Shown here piece after piece: positions 52,160-62,406 of a stretch of 64,000 bases of DNA (within the stretch, counting starts at the first letter, position 1; every line of letters begins with the position of its first letter). Where the stretch lies: assembly GCA_964427595.1 (NCBI GenBank), contig CAYRUQ010000004.1:4314-68313 (forward strand), given 5' to 3'. The notes beneath the pieces are model-generated. The model saw only the letters and a list, made by a program, of their open reading frames with translations. It was not told the origin of the DNA and did not search any database. Position numbers and translations under genes: made by a program. The DNA comes from an uncultured Clostridiaceae bacterium (GTDB taxonomy: Bacteria; Bacillota_I; Bacilli_A; RFN20; CAG-288).

Positions 52160-54223
52160 ATGGCATATACACCAGACAGAATTCGAGACGTCGCCATAGT
52201 TGGCCACCAAGGCAGTGGTAAGACCACCTTGGTCGAAGCTTTGGCTTTGAAAGCCGGTCTGATTCAAGAGAAGGGAACAATCGAAAGCAAGAATACTATC
52301 TCCGATTACTTAGCTAAAGAGAAAGAAAAACAAGGCTCTCTTTCTACTAGCATCGTCCCTATCGTTTCACAAGATTGCAAAATCAATCTGCTCGACCTTC
52401 CTGGCAATGATGATTTCGTATTTGAAACCATCGGTGTCACGAGATTAGTCAAAGGTGCTATCTTAGTCATCGATGCTTCTAAAGGTGTTCAAAACGGAAC
52501 TCTTAAAGCCTTTAATCTTTTAAAGAAGAGAGGCGTTCCGATGTTCCTTTATCTCAATAAGATGGATAAAGAGAATGTCGATTTCAACAAGCTTTATGAT
52601 GAATTAAAAGAAAAATTAGATGATAAGAAATGTGTTCCTTTCACCTATCCGATAGGAAGAAAGGAAAACTTCGATGGCTTTGTTAATGTCGTCGATCTCA
52701 AAGCTAGACGTTATAACGGAGTCACTTGTGTTGATGATGTCATCTATGATGATAAGAAAGCTATCGTCTTTGAACTTCACAATCGTCTTTGCGAAGCTGT
52801 CGCTACTGTCAACGATGAATTGTTAGATAGATTCTTCTCTGATACTCCTTTGACTAACGAAGAGATCAAGTATGGTCTTAAACAAGGTATCTTAAACGGA
52901 GAACTTTATCCGATCATCGTCGGTTCAGCTACTAAAGAGATCGGTATCAATACCCTTCTTGATATGCTCGTCACTTATCTACCATCACCTTCTGATTTAA
53001 AACCTGTACCTGCGGTTGATAAGGATGGTAAAGAGGTCGGTTTGAAAACTTCTGCTGATGGCCCGTTAGCCTTGACTGTCTTTAAGAACATCTACAACTC
53101 TTACCAAGGTATGATTTCCATCTTCAAAGTCCAATCGGGAACTATCAAAATCGGTGATGATCTCACTTGTTTAAACAATGGTCGCAGCTATAAAGTCTCT
53201 TCTTTTTTCAATGTCTGCGGTGAAAAACTGACTAATGTTTCTGAGATTGTCGCCGGTGATATCGGTGCCGTCTCAAGATTTGATGACCTTCGTCTCGGTT
53301 ACACTCTCTCGGGGGCTGATAAACCATTAAAGGTCGTTTCAGCCACATATCCGACACCGACTTACTTTGTGGCACTCGTTCCTGAAAGCAAGAAGGATTT
53401 AGATAAACTTTTCCAAGCTGGTGAGAGAATGTCTTTAGAAGATCCGACTATGTCTTTAACTAAAGATGAGACCACTAGTCAGATTCTTTTAGGCGGTCTA
53501 TCTAAGACTCATGTCTCGTATTTGATGGAGAAGATCAAAGACGAATATAAAATCAGTTTCTCCACTGAGAAGATTCGTATCTCTTATCGTGAGACGATCA
53601 CTAAGACTGCCGAATCCGAAGGTAGATATGTCAAACAATCCGGAGGCGCTGGTTATTTCGGTGTCGTCAATATGCGTTTTGAACCTGCCGATGAGACTTC
53701 TTTCGCATCGACTGTCTTCGGCGGTCATATCGATAGAGGCTACTTCCCTGCTGTTGAAAAAGGCTTCCTTGAAGCTTTACAAAAAGGTGGTTTAGTCGGT
53801 GCTCCTGTCATCAAGGTGAAAGCTACTTTAATCGATGGTAAACAACACTCTGTCGACTCTAATGAAATGGCCTTTAAGAATGCGGGAACTTTAGCTTTCA
53901 GAAACGCCTACAAAGATTTAGGTCCTATCCTTCTTGAACCCTATGATAGGATCACCGTCAATGTCCACAATGAATATTTAGGTGCCACCTTAGGTGATCT
54001 TTCAAAGAGACGTGGTCGCATCATGTCAACAGAAGAAGGAAACGATAACACGATCGACATCATCGCTATCGTCCCTGAGGCTGAGATTCAAGAATACGCC
54101 AATGAACTTAAATCGATCACCAAAGGTACTGGTTTCTTCAACCGTGTCTTTGAGGATTATGAACCTGTTCCCGATTTGATCAGCAAAGAGATCATTAAGG
54201 AATTAGGCGCTGATAATAAATGA
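52160..54223 (+). CDS. EF-G paralogue (EF-G2-like translational GTPase)
   Basis: G1 GHQGSGKTT (not the AHIDAGKTT of canonical EF-G), G3 DLPGNDDF, NKMD. Five-domain length (687 aa). Resembles Thermus EF-G-2 as recalled from memory. Confidence 0.75.
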   Translation: MAYTPDRIRDVAIVGHQGSGKTTLVEALALKAGLIQEKGTIESKNTISDYLAKEKEKQGSLSTSIVPIVSQDCKINLLDLPGNDDFVFETIGVTRLVKGAILVIDASKGVQNGTLKAFNLLKKRGVPMFLYLNKMDKENVDFNKLYDELKEKLDDKKCVPFTYPIGRKENFDGFVNVVDLKARRYNGVTCVDDVIYDDKKAIVFELHNRLCEAVATVNDELLDRFFSDTPLTNEEIKYGLKQGILNGELYPIIVGSATKEIGINTLLDMLVTYLPSPSDLKPVPAVDKDGKEVGLKTSADGPLALTVFKNIYNSYQGMISIFKVQSGTIKIGDDLTCLNNGRSYKVSSFFNVCGEKLTNVSEIVAGDIGAVSRFDDLRLGYTLSGADKPLKVVSATYPTPTYFVALVPESKKDLDKLFQAGERMSLEDPTMSLTKDETTSQILLGGLSKTHVSYLMEKIKDEYKISFSTEKIRISYRETITKTAESEGRYVKQSGGAGYFGVVNMRFEPADETSFASTVFGGHIDRGYFPAVEKGFLEALQKGGLVGAPVIKVKATLIDGKQHSVDSNEMAFKNAGTLAFRNAYKDLGPILLEPYDRITVNVHNEYLGATLGDLSKRRGRIMSTEEGNDNTIDIIAIVPEAEIQEYANELKSITKGTGFFNRVFEDYEPVPDLISKEIIKELGADNK

Positions 54224-54777
54224 AAGAACTAGGTAAGAAGGCTTTACTTTATCCTCAGCCAGTTTTAATCATCGCTAGTTACGACGAAGAGAATAACCCG
54301 GATGCGATGACAGCAGCCTGGGGTTGTGTCAGCGATGTCAGTGAAGTCACTCTCTGTCTTTCAAAAGATCACAAGACTGTCTCAAATATTCTCAAGAAAG
54401 GATATTTCACTCTCAGCATCGGGACTAAAGACTTAGCTGTTGAATGCGATTATTTCGGTTTAGTCAGTGGTCATGATGTCAAAGATAAAATCAGTCAAGC
54501 TCATCTTCATCAAGAAAAGAGCCCTCATGTGGATGCTCCACTAATCAAAGAATTTCCTTTGACTCTCGAGTGTAAATTTAAAAGCTTTGATGAAAAAAGT
54601 GAGTTTCTCAAAGGTGAAGTTATCTCTGTCTTAGCTGATGAGAAAATCCTCGATCAGAACGGGAAAGTCGACTCTGATAAGTTAGAAGCTATCTCTTATG
54701 ATCCAGAAAGTCACTCCTATGTTTTGGTCAAAGGAAAAGTTGCTTTAGCTTTCCGAAGTGGCAAAAGCCTGTATTGA
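54220..54777 (+). CDS. Flavin reductase-like (FMN-binding split-barrel) protein
   Basis: LYPQPVLIIASYDEENNPDAMTAAWG is typical of the flavin reductase-like domain. ATGA overlap with the EF-G2 stop. Confidence 0.65.
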   Translation: MKELGKKALLYPQPVLIIASYDEENNPDAMTAAWGCVSDVSEVTLCLSKDHKTVSNILKKGYFTLSIGTKDLAVECDYFGLVSGHDVKDKISQAHLHQEKSPHVDAPLIKEFPLTLECKFKSFDEKSEFLKGEVISVLADEKILDQNGKVDSDKLEAISYDPESHSYVLVKGKVALAFRSGKSLY

Positions 54778-54799
54778 AAGTCATTTCTCCTTTAATATA

Positions 54800-54831
54800 A
54801 ACCGTCGGAATGAGCCACCGACGGTTTTTTT
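54800..54831 (+). terminator. Intrinsic terminator
   Basis: aaccgtcgg-loop-ccgacggtt followed by a T-run. Confidence 0.85.
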
Positions 54832-54920
54832 GATAAATTAAATATTGAATAAGACAAGGTCAAGTAGGTATAATTTTAAAGCTTTGTGTCAACAAGCACA
54901 GAATAATCAGGAGATCAGAT

Positions 54921-55202
54921 ATGGCTAACATTAAATCACAGAAAAAACGTGTCATCACTAATGAAAAGAGAAGAATGGCTAATGCTTCCTTCAAATCCAG
55001 CATGAGAACTGCTATCAAGAAGGTCAGATTAGCTGTTGAAGCTGGCGACTTAGAAGCTGCTGAGAAGGCTCTTCCTATCGCTGTCTCTTTAATCGACAAA
55101 TCCGTCGGTCGTGGTGTTCAACACATCAATACTGCCAGCCGTCAGAAGGCTCATTGCATGGCTAGCGTCGCTAGCTTGAGAGCTTCTAAGGCTCAGGCTT
55201 AA
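54921..55202 (+). CDS. rpsT: 30S ribosomal protein S20
   Basis: MANIKSQKKRVITNEKRR... Promoter TTGAAT-N18-TATAAT upstream. Confidence 0.95.
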   Translation: MANIKSQKKRVITNEKRRMANASFKSSMRTAIKKVRLAVEAGDLEAAEKALPIAVSLIDKSVGRGVQHINTASRQKAHCMASVASLRASKAQA

Positions 55203-55240
55203 TCATTTTCTGTGCTGAGATAAATATTTAGAAAGCAAAT

Positions 55241-55285
55241 AAGGGCTATTGCTTTACCCGAGGTAATTGCAGTAGCCCTTTTATT
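55241..55285. terminator. Bidirectional intrinsic terminator (12-bp stem)
   Basis: aagggctattgc (55241-52) pairs with gcagtagccctt (55269-80), followed by a T-run. Confidence 0.75.
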
Positions 55286-55315
55286 GTGATTAAAAACTAA
55301 AAATAAGAAGGATTT

Positions 55316-56275
55316 TTAATAAGTCAGAATGAAAGATTCTAGTCTTTCATCAGCTGAATCGAGATTCAATTTGATGTCTTTTTCTATCTGACCTAACTTA
55401 ACTAATGTCTCTATTAAAGTTGAATAAGAAGTTGAAGATAAAGCTTTTCTAGTGAAATAGATCTTTCCTACTTTGATTTTGTTAGTCTTAGTAGAAAGTT
55501 CAGAGGCGATCACTTCATTAGTTAGCCCTTTCTTAATCAAATAGGAACATAAAGCTAAAAAGGTGAATTGATTAGAGAGGATAGTTAAGATACTGATCGC
55601 ATCTCTTCCATTTTTTCTTAGTTCTTGATAACTTTGCAAAGCTGAGGCTTTTTTCTTGGTGACTATCTTTTCAGCTAAGTCATAAACTTTATCTTCGAGA
55701 GGTTTATTGACGAGGAGGTTGACATCATCTTCTCTAATTTTATCTGTGTAAAGAAGAAGTTTGTCAAGGTTGTTCATGAATAACATGTAGTCGCCCCTGC
55801 AGTATTCTTTAAGAAGATTAACAGCTTCTTTAGAGATATCTTTATTCTCTTTCTTAGCTTTTCTTGCTGCTTTAAAGTAGAGGTCATCATCATTTAATTC
55901 ATGCACTTCTTCAAAGATAGCCGGTAAGTCTTTTAAAACTTTAACAATTTCGTTTGTGGAATCCAAATTTCCAGGTACAGTGATGTAAAGATCACTGCTG
56001 TTATCAGGATTTTTGATGTAAGAAAGAAGTTCTTTAAACTCGTTTTGTTGTGACTTGCTGCCCTTTACTTTAGAGGTTGAAAGATAAGAGACACCACTAT
56101 AAAGAACTTTTTTAGTACCACCATCAAAAGAGATGGACGTACATTCAAAGGCTACATCGGAAGGTGAATCCTTACTAGCATCATACTTGATTAAAACATC
56201 TTTAAAAGCAGAGGTATCTTCTCTTACTTTTTCAGCGATGAGACCAGAATCACTTCCGAAATAGACTTTAATCAT
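55316..56275 (-). CDS. holA: DNA polymerase III delta subunit
   Basis: 319 aa. Helical C-terminal pattern (EDKVYDLAEKI.., AISILTILSNQF). Conserved holA/rpsT divergent synteny as in Bacillus. Confidence 0.65.
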   Translation of the reverse strand: MIKVYFGSDSGLIAEKVREDTSAFKDVLIKYDASKDSPSDVAFECTSISFDGGTKKVLYSGVSYLSTSKVKGSKSQQNEFKELLSYIKNPDNSSDLYITVPGNLDSTNEIVKVLKDLPAIFEEVHELNDDDLYFKAARKAKKENKDISKEAVNLLKEYCRGDYMLFMNNLDKLLLYTDKIREDDVNLLVNKPLEDKVYDLAEKIVTKKKASALQSYQELRKNGRDAISILTILSNQFTFLALCSYLIKKGLTNEVIASELSTKTNKIKVGKIYFTRKALSSTSYSTLIETLVKLGQIEKDIKLNLDSADERLESFILTY

Positions 56276-56280
56276 TTGAA

Positions 56281-56784
56281 TTATTTAATCTTTGCAAAAT
56301 CAGCGATGTCTTCGTCGATGACATCGACTTTCTCAATGATGACAGGAGTCAAAGGTTTATCATCAGCATCTTTTCTGACGCTAGCGATTTGATCGACGAC
56401 TTCCATGCCGCTGATGACATGTCCGAAAGCTGCATATTGTCCATCTAAGAAACCATCATCTGCATCGCAGATGAAGAATTGAGAGCTAGCGGTATCATAG
56501 CCCATAGCTCTAGCCATCGAGATAGTTCCTCTCTTATGAGAGATGCGGTTATTGACTCCGTTTAATGCGAATTCACCTTTGATGTTGTAACTAGCACCGC
56601 CGGTTCCATTTCCGTTAGGATCTCCGCCTTGAATCATGAAACCCTTGATGACACGATGAAAGGTTAATCCATCATAGAAACCCTCTTTGGCAAGAGAGGC
56701 GAAATTATTGGAACTGATAGGAGCATTTTCTCTATCTAACTCTAAAGTGATATCACCGTAATTTTTGATATGTAAAACAATCAT
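56281..56784 (-). CDS. ppiB: Cyclophilin-type peptidyl-prolyl isomerase
   Basis: FHRVIKGFMIQGGDP, SMARA, SQFFI. Confidence 0.9.
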   Translation of the reverse strand: MIVLHIKNYGDITLELDRENAPISSNNFASLAKEGFYDGLTFHRVIKGFMIQGGDPNGNGTGGASYNIKGEFALNGVNNRISHKRGTISMARAMGYDTASSQFFICDADDGFLDGQYAAFGHVISGMEVVDQIASVRKDADDKPLTPVIIEKVDVIDEDIADFAKIK

Positions 56785-56806
56785 ATTTATTCTCCTTGAA
56801 TAGTTT

Positions 56807-56836
56807 TAAAAAGCAGGGCTTCAAGCCCTGCTGTTA
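56807..56836 (-). terminator. Intrinsic terminator of gpmA
   Basis: agcagggct-tca-agccctgct with a T-run on the minus strand. Confidence 0.8.
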
Positions 56837-56837
56837 T

Positions 56838-57587
56838 TTACTTATGGGCTTTATCTTGATTCTTAACGGCGTCGATCTTGGCAGCGACAGCGCTTTGATC
56901 ACCAAGATAATAATGTTTGATAGGTTTGAGATCTTCATCTAATTCATAGACGAGCGGAACGCCCGTGGGGATGTTGAGCCCAGCGATATCTTCATCAGAG
57001 ATGTTATCAAGATACTTGACGAGAGCTCTTAAAGAATTGCCGTGAGCTGCGATTAAGACTTTCTTACCTGCTTTGATATCAGGAACGATCGTCTCATTGT
57101 AATAAGGGACGACTCTAGCGATGGTATCCTTTAAGGATTCATGAAGAGGTAACTCCTTAGGATCGATTCCTTTGTAATGAGCTTGGAGAGCCGGATTTCT
57201 CTCATCATCAGGTTCTAAAGCCGGAGGAGCGATATCAAATGATCTTCTCCAAAGATGGACTTGAGCTTCACCATATTTCTCAGCAGTCTCAGATTTGTTG
57301 AGACCCTGAAGAGCACCATAATGTCTCTCGTTTAAATGATAATCTTTAACGACAGGAAGATAAGCTTGGTCGATACCATCAAGAACATGCCAAAGAGTGT
57401 GAATCGCTCTTTTGAGAACTGAGGTATAAGCGATATCGAAGCTATAACCTTCTTCTTTGAGAAGCTTACCAGCTGCGGTGGCTTCTTCAACACCTTTTTC
57501 AGATAAATCTACATCGGTCCAACCAGTGAAGAGATTGAGTTTGTTCCAATCACTTTCACCATGGCGAATCAAGACTAATTTAGTCAT
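56838..57587 (-). CDS. gpmA: 2,3-bisphosphoglycerate-dependent phosphoglycerate mutase
   Basis: [39 protein letters not shown]. Confidence 0.95.
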   Translation of the reverse strand: MTKLVLIRHGESDWNKLNLFTGWTDVDLSEKGVEEATAAGKLLKEEGYSFDIAYTSVLKRAIHTLWHVLDGIDQAYLPVVKDYHLNERHYGALQGLNKSETAEKYGEAQVHLWRRSFDIAPPALEPDDERNPALQAHYKGIDPKELPLHESLKDTIARVVPYYNETIVPDIKAGKKVLIAAHGNSLRALVKYLDNISDEDIAGLNIPTGVPLVYELDEDLKPIKHYYLGDQSAVAAKIDAVKNQDKAHK

Positions 57588-57649
57588 AGTTTTCCTCCAT
57601 TCACGCCTAATATTATATTCTGCTGGTGGCTTCTTTTACAGGGTGAGAC

Positions 57650-58288
57650 TCAGAGATTTTTGTACATGATTGTGACGATTGTCTTAGTGACATCACGGCA
57701 CTTATCAGTGATGCATTCGAATAACGAATAGACATCCTCAGCTTCTCTTACTACCGCCCTTGGATATTTATCAGGTTGAATGTATAAAGCATGGACATTG
57801 TTCTCTAATAAGTGGTCAGTTTTCTCTTCGATTTCGGTGACTTTATCAATGAGAGGATACATCAGTTTTTGGTCAGTTAAATGTGGGAAGTTATCTAATA
57901 TCTCTTTGATAGTATCAACTGATTCAATCGCTAATTGAATGAAATCACCAGTGTTGTCAGGAAGTTTTGTGTAGTTTCTTAAATACATCTTGTAAGAGAC
58001 TTCATCGATAGCATCAATCATGTCATCAATATCGTTTAAAAGAGTATAGATATCCTCTCTATCGATAGGGGTCATGAATTCTTTGGCGAGTCTTTCTGCT
58101 GTCTCACGCTGGAGTTCATCGGCTTGATGTTCAATTTGATGAACTTGGTTTTTCAGCTCTAAAAGATCGATGGTGCCGAGATTAGCGATTCCATCGCTTA
58201 AAGTCTTCATCGCCACTTTAGCTAGTTCACCTTCTTTAGCGAACTGTACAAAGAAATAATTGACTTTCTTTCTTTTGAAAAATTCCAT
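57650..58288 (-). CDS. DUF47 (PhoU-related) Pit-accessory protein
   Basis: 212-aa helical protein directly downstream of the PiT transporter gene, a classic pairing. Motifs FMTPIDREDI and ADxL-type. Confidence 0.7.
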   Translation of the reverse strand: MEFFKRKKVNYFFVQFAKEGELAKVAMKTLSDGIANLGTIDLLELKNQVHQIEHQADELQRETAERLAKEFMTPIDREDIYTLLNDIDDMIDAIDEVSYKMYLRNYTKLPDNTGDFIQLAIESVDTIKEILDNFPHLTDQKLMYPLIDKVTEIEEKTDHLLENNVHALYIQPDKYPRAVVREAEDVYSLFECITDKCRDVTKTIVTIMYKNL

Positions 58289-58298
58289 AACTGACTCC

Positions 58299-59465
58299 TT
58301 ATATTATCCCTGGTATTGCAAACAGTATATAGGTCATGATGAAACCTATCAGGATACACCCTGGGAAGGTGAACACCCATGTTAACACCATGTCTAAAGC
58401 GACTTTCCATTTGACTTGCTTAACGCCTTTAGTCAGTCCGACACCGATGATAGAGCAAGTCTTAACTTGTGAGGTTGAAACTGGCCAAGCGAGGACTAAA
58501 GACATGATCAAAGAGATGAAGGCAGACACATCGGTAGCAAAGCCTTGATGAGGTTGTAAATCAACCATACCCATACCGATCTTTTTGATGATTCTATATC
58601 CGCCGATTGAAGTCCCTAGTCCCATCACTATTGAGACGATGATAGGAAGCCATAAGAAACTTGGATTATTGATGAAATTCATGCTGAAAGAAGAGGAGTT
58701 TGGATCAAGTAAAGATATACCGGCATCTGGATAAGCGACTGTTCCCAAAAATAAAGCGAGGTATATGATACCGATGAACTTAAGTCCGTCTTGGGCGCCA
58801 TGGGCTAAAGCCATACCAGCACTAGAGAAGATTTGACCCCATTTAAAAAAGATAGTGGTCTTTCTTCTTTGGATTCTCTTACATATTTGTTCAATCAGCT
58901 TTGTTATAACAAAACCTAGTCCCATGCCTATCAAAGCGGAAGCGACAAAACCGATACCAACATCCGCCCAAGAAGAACCGCCAGGAGTAGCACTAAGTCC
59001 CATAGCCATCATGGCAAAACAAGCACCAGTAAGTCCGGCAACTAAAGCGTGTGATTCACTAGAAGGAACTCCGAAAAACCAAGCTATTATTCCCCACAAG
59101 ACAACACCAACCATACCAGCTGATAGACCGACTAGTGCGTGTTGAGCGTTACTTACCGCTTCTTCTCCTTCAAAAGAACCAAAGTCAACGATACCTGCTA
59201 TTGATTCAGCGACGCCCGCAGCGACAAGAGAAAAGATCATGACACCGATGAAATTGAAAATAGCTGCCATGATGATGGCTTGCTTAGGAGCCATCGCTCT
59301 AGTTGATATACAAGTAGCTACTGAATTAGGGGCATCTGTCCAGCCGTTAATAAAAACAACGCCGAGAGCTAACACGATAGTGATGACAAGTAGCGGACTC
59401 TCAGCGAGAAGATCAAATAACTGAGTGAATGTTACTGAACTTGAAGCAACAGAACTTGTTAACAT
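58299..59465 (-). CDS. pit: Inorganic phosphate transporter, PiT family
   Basis: GWTDAPNSVAT and AHGAQDG signature repeats; polytopic. Confidence 0.85.
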   Translation of the reverse strand: MLTSSVASSSVTFTQLFDLLAESPLLVITIVLALGVVFINGWTDAPNSVATCISTRAMAPKQAIIMAAIFNFIGVMIFSLVAAGVAESIAGIVDFGSFEGEEAVSNAQHALVGLSAGMVGVVLWGIIAWFFGVPSSESHALVAGLTGACFAMMAMGLSATPGGSSWADVGIGFVASALIGMGLGFVITKLIEQICKRIQRRKTTIFFKWGQIFSSAGMALAHGAQDGLKFIGIIYLALFLGTVAYPDAGISLLDPNSSSFSMNFINNPSFLWLPIIVSIVMGLGTSIGGYRIIKKIGMGMVDLQPHQGFATDVSAFISLIMSLVLAWPVSTSQVKTCSIIGVGLTKGVKQVKWKVALDMVLTWVFTFPGCILIGFIMTYILFAIPGII

Positions 59466-59871
59466 AGTGCTCGCGTTTTTTATAAATATACATTTAAAAA
59501 ATCGATTTTTAAATATTGAGTTTTACAAATGATTCTAAATTGATTGCCGAGTTTGATGAAGACTAGCATTGATTATTTGTAAATAGGATGATCTTGTTTT
59601 TATCAAATAAAAAGTGAAAATCTTCTCGTCATTTATTTGAAACTAAGATAAGCGTGAAAAGTTTAGATTTCTGATTCAGATATACAAGCAAAAGTATTAA
59701 GTTACTTTCAAATGTTTAGAAACAAACTAAATGTTAAAAATAAATCTGAAATACAATCTTTATTATCGAGAACAACATGTATCTCTTTCGCAATAATTTT
59801 AGACTTGAATCTTTCTTTCTAAGAAACTAGACACCCTCGCTTTTGGTAAAATAGAAAAAGAGGTAATACAC

Positions 59872-60510
59872 ATGGAATACAATCGATTGATTGATCACAC
59901 TTTATTAGCAGCTGACGCCACTAAAGATCAGGTTATAAAACTTTGTGAGGAAGCTAAAGAAAATGAGTTTGCAAGCGTCTGCATCAACCCTTGCTATATC
60001 AAATTAGCAGCTTCTATTCTCAAAGATAGTCCTGTTAAAGTCTGCACTGTCATCGGTTTTCCTTTAGGTGCTAACATGATGGCAAGCAAGATTTCTGAAA
60101 CCAAATACGCCATTCTTGAAGGTGCTGATGAGATTGATATGGTCATCAATATCGGTAGATTAAAAGATCACGATGATGATTATGTCAGAACTGAGATTGC
60201 TGAGATTAAGAAAGTTTGCCAGGATAAGATATTGAAAGTCATCATCGAGTGCTGTCTTCTCACTGATGAAGAGAAGGTGAGAGCTTGTACTCTTTCTAAG
60301 GAAGCTGGTGCTGATTTTGTTAAGACATCTACCGGTTTTTCCAAGTGGGGAGCTACCAAAGAAGATGTTGCTTTGATGAGAAAGACTATCGGCCCTGATT
60401 TAGGTGTTAAAGCCGCTGGCGGAATTAGAGATAAAGAGACGATGCTTGAAATGATTGAAGCAGGTGCTAATCGAATCGGCACTTCAAATGGTGTCAAACT
60501 CGTTAAGTAA
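59872..60510 (+). CDS. deoC: Deoxyribose-phosphate aldolase
   Basis: [19 protein letters not shown] (Schiff-base Lys), KAAGGIR. TGGTAAAAT promoter and GAGG SD. Confidence 0.9.
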   Translation: MEYNRLIDHTLLAADATKDQVIKLCEEAKENEFASVCINPCYIKLAASILKDSPVKVCTVIGFPLGANMMASKISETKYAILEGADEIDMVINIGRLKDHDDDYVRTEIAEIKKVCQDKILKVIIECCLLTDEEKVRACTLSKEAGADFVKTSTGFSKWGATKEDVALMRKTIGPDLGVKAAGGIRDKETMLEMIEAGANRIGTSNGVKLVK

Positions 60511-60600
60511 TAATTTAAGTCAGTATTAAAGAAAAAATGGGCTGTCTCAACTATACTGGATTCTATTGCTGGATCAAGTAAGTTGTAACAGCCCATTTTA

Positions 60601-62364
60601 TTATTTAGGATCAATCGGGTTTATCTCGTCGACATTGACGAGTTTTACAAGGATGATCGGATCTTTTCCAGTCTCATCTCTGATGAAATCAAGAACCTTG
60701 TGAGCTAATTTATTTTCCATTTCGACAATGGACATCTTTTTCTCACTCTTAGTCAGGAAGTTAGTGGTAGCACCGATGACGATGTTTGAGATGGAGTTGA
60801 CGATAGATTCAGAATCCTTCAAGTAGAGGAAACCACGCATCTGAATATCAGGATTGGAAACTGTCTTCAGTTCTTTTAAAGAAATAGCCATACCGATTAA
60901 AACGACACCGCCATTAGCCATGTCATTTCTCTCACGGATAGCATCGGCATTGACATCGCCGACGGAGTTTCCATCAACCATGATATCTCCGTTTTTGACA
61001 TTGATCGGTTTTCTTACTGGCTTACCATTTTCATCAAAAGCTAAGACCATTCCGTTATCAAAGACGAAGGTGTTGAAGTGAGTGAGTCCGATGTTAAGAT
61101 CGATAGCTAATTTAGCGTTAGACATCAAGAGTCGATATTCACCTTTGACAGGTAGGTAATACTTGGGACGGAAGAGAGAGATCATCATCTTGAGGTCTTC
61201 TTGTTTGGCGTGCATCGCATTGACGACTTTTCTATCTAAGGTGATGACATGACAATCAGTACGGAAGACGGTATCAGCAGCTTCAGTTGAGATAGTCTCA
61301 GTACCGGGGACAGAAGGAGAGGCGTTGATCCAAAGATCTTTAGTTTCAACCTTGATACCAGGGATGCTTCCATAGCAGACATCTTTGATATAGCTGAAAA
61401 GCTTCTCACCTGAATTACAAAGAAGGATGACGACATCTTTAGAAGGAAGAGAGCCAATCTGCTCAGGATAAATCATCATATCAGAAGGTATGACGAGTTG
61501 ACCGATTTTTTGAACTTTAGCGATAAAATCAGCCATCTCTTTATCAGGTATGCAGATTTTCTTTTTAAATTTAACGGCTAAATTAATGACTTCCTGAATG
61601 TTATAGAAGTTCTGATTATAAATAGAGATAAAAATCTTCCCGACAGAATCTTCAAAGGCAGAACGGATATGGCTAGTGATTTTATGAGAAGGGGAAGCGA
61701 TACCGGGTTTATCGGCGCTTTCGGATTCAGTCATCAAAAGGAAAGTCTTGGAGCTTTCAGATAATCTCGCCACTTTAGGAAGGTCGAATTGATAACCTTT
61801 CACCGGTGAGTAATCGGACATGAAATCAGAAGTATAGACGATATTTCCAAAACGAGTCGCAAGAGCAAAACCAAAAGATTCAGCTACTGAGTGAGTTGTT
61901 TGAAAAAGCTCAAAGTGATGACCAGCGATATCAAGTGAATCAGAAGGGTTGACTGTTATAAACTCAGCTTGTTCGATCTTTTTAAAACGTTTACCAAAAG
62001 TAGCTTGGATGATTGTGATGGTTGTCTCAGTAGCATAGATAGGAGCATGGACGACATTTAAAAGATAGGGAAGAGCTCCGTATTGGTCATCATGACCATG
62101 AGTGATGATGATAGCTTTAACTCTTTTAGCGATGTTTCTTAAGTAATCGAAATCAGGGATGATGACATCGATACCAGGGATTTTATCAGTTGGGTATTTG
62201 ATACCGGCCTCGATGATGAAAGCGTCGTTGTTAATTTCGATGACATAACAGTTTTTACCCATCTCATCAAGGCCACCAAGAGCCACAACTTTGATGGGAT
62301 AGTCGCCTGTTTCGGCATCATAATATCTTTTGTCGTTTTGAACGGCATCTGAATAATTTGACAT
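60601..62364 (-). CDS. rnj: Ribonuclease J family protein (variant metallo-beta-lactamase motif)
   Basis: Beta-CASP architecture, 587 aa. Motif II reads THGHDDQYG rather than HGHEDH. Confidence 0.8.
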   Translation of the reverse strand: MSNYSDAVQNDKRYYDAETGDYPIKVVALGGLDEMGKNCYVIEINNDAFIIEAGIKYPTDKIPGIDVIIPDFDYLRNIAKRVKAIIITHGHDDQYGALPYLLNVVHAPIYATETTITIIQATFGKRFKKIEQAEFITVNPSDSLDIAGHHFELFQTTHSVAESFGFALATRFGNIVYTSDFMSDYSPVKGYQFDLPKVARLSESSKTFLLMTESESADKPGIASPSHKITSHIRSAFEDSVGKIFISIYNQNFYNIQEVINLAVKFKKKICIPDKEMADFIAKVQKIGQLVIPSDMMIYPEQIGSLPSKDVVILLCNSGEKLFSYIKDVCYGSIPGIKVETKDLWINASPSVPGTETISTEAADTVFRTDCHVITLDRKVVNAMHAKQEDLKMMISLFRPKYYLPVKGEYRLLMSNAKLAIDLNIGLTHFNTFVFDNGMVLAFDENGKPVRKPINVKNGDIMVDGNSVGDVNADAIRERNDMANGGVVLIGMAISLKELKTVSNPDIQMRGFLYLKDSESIVNSISNIVIGATTNFLTKSEKKMSIVEMENKLAHKVLDFIRDETGKDPIILVKLVNVDEINPIDPK

Positions 62365-62406
62365 TGTATTACCTCAAAAATAACGGCAGATTTTCACTAT
62401 TATATA

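Noticed and set aside
54860-55099. 79-aa minus-strand ORF. Similar antisense ORFs occur at 60180-60614, 45523-45888 and 29792-29992, and many lie inside GH3, clpB, tkt, pit and potA.
   Set aside because: All are embedded antisense or out of frame within genes that have strong motif support (rpsT, deoC, tkt/sRNA region, alsD start, and others). None has its own SD or recognisable motifs.
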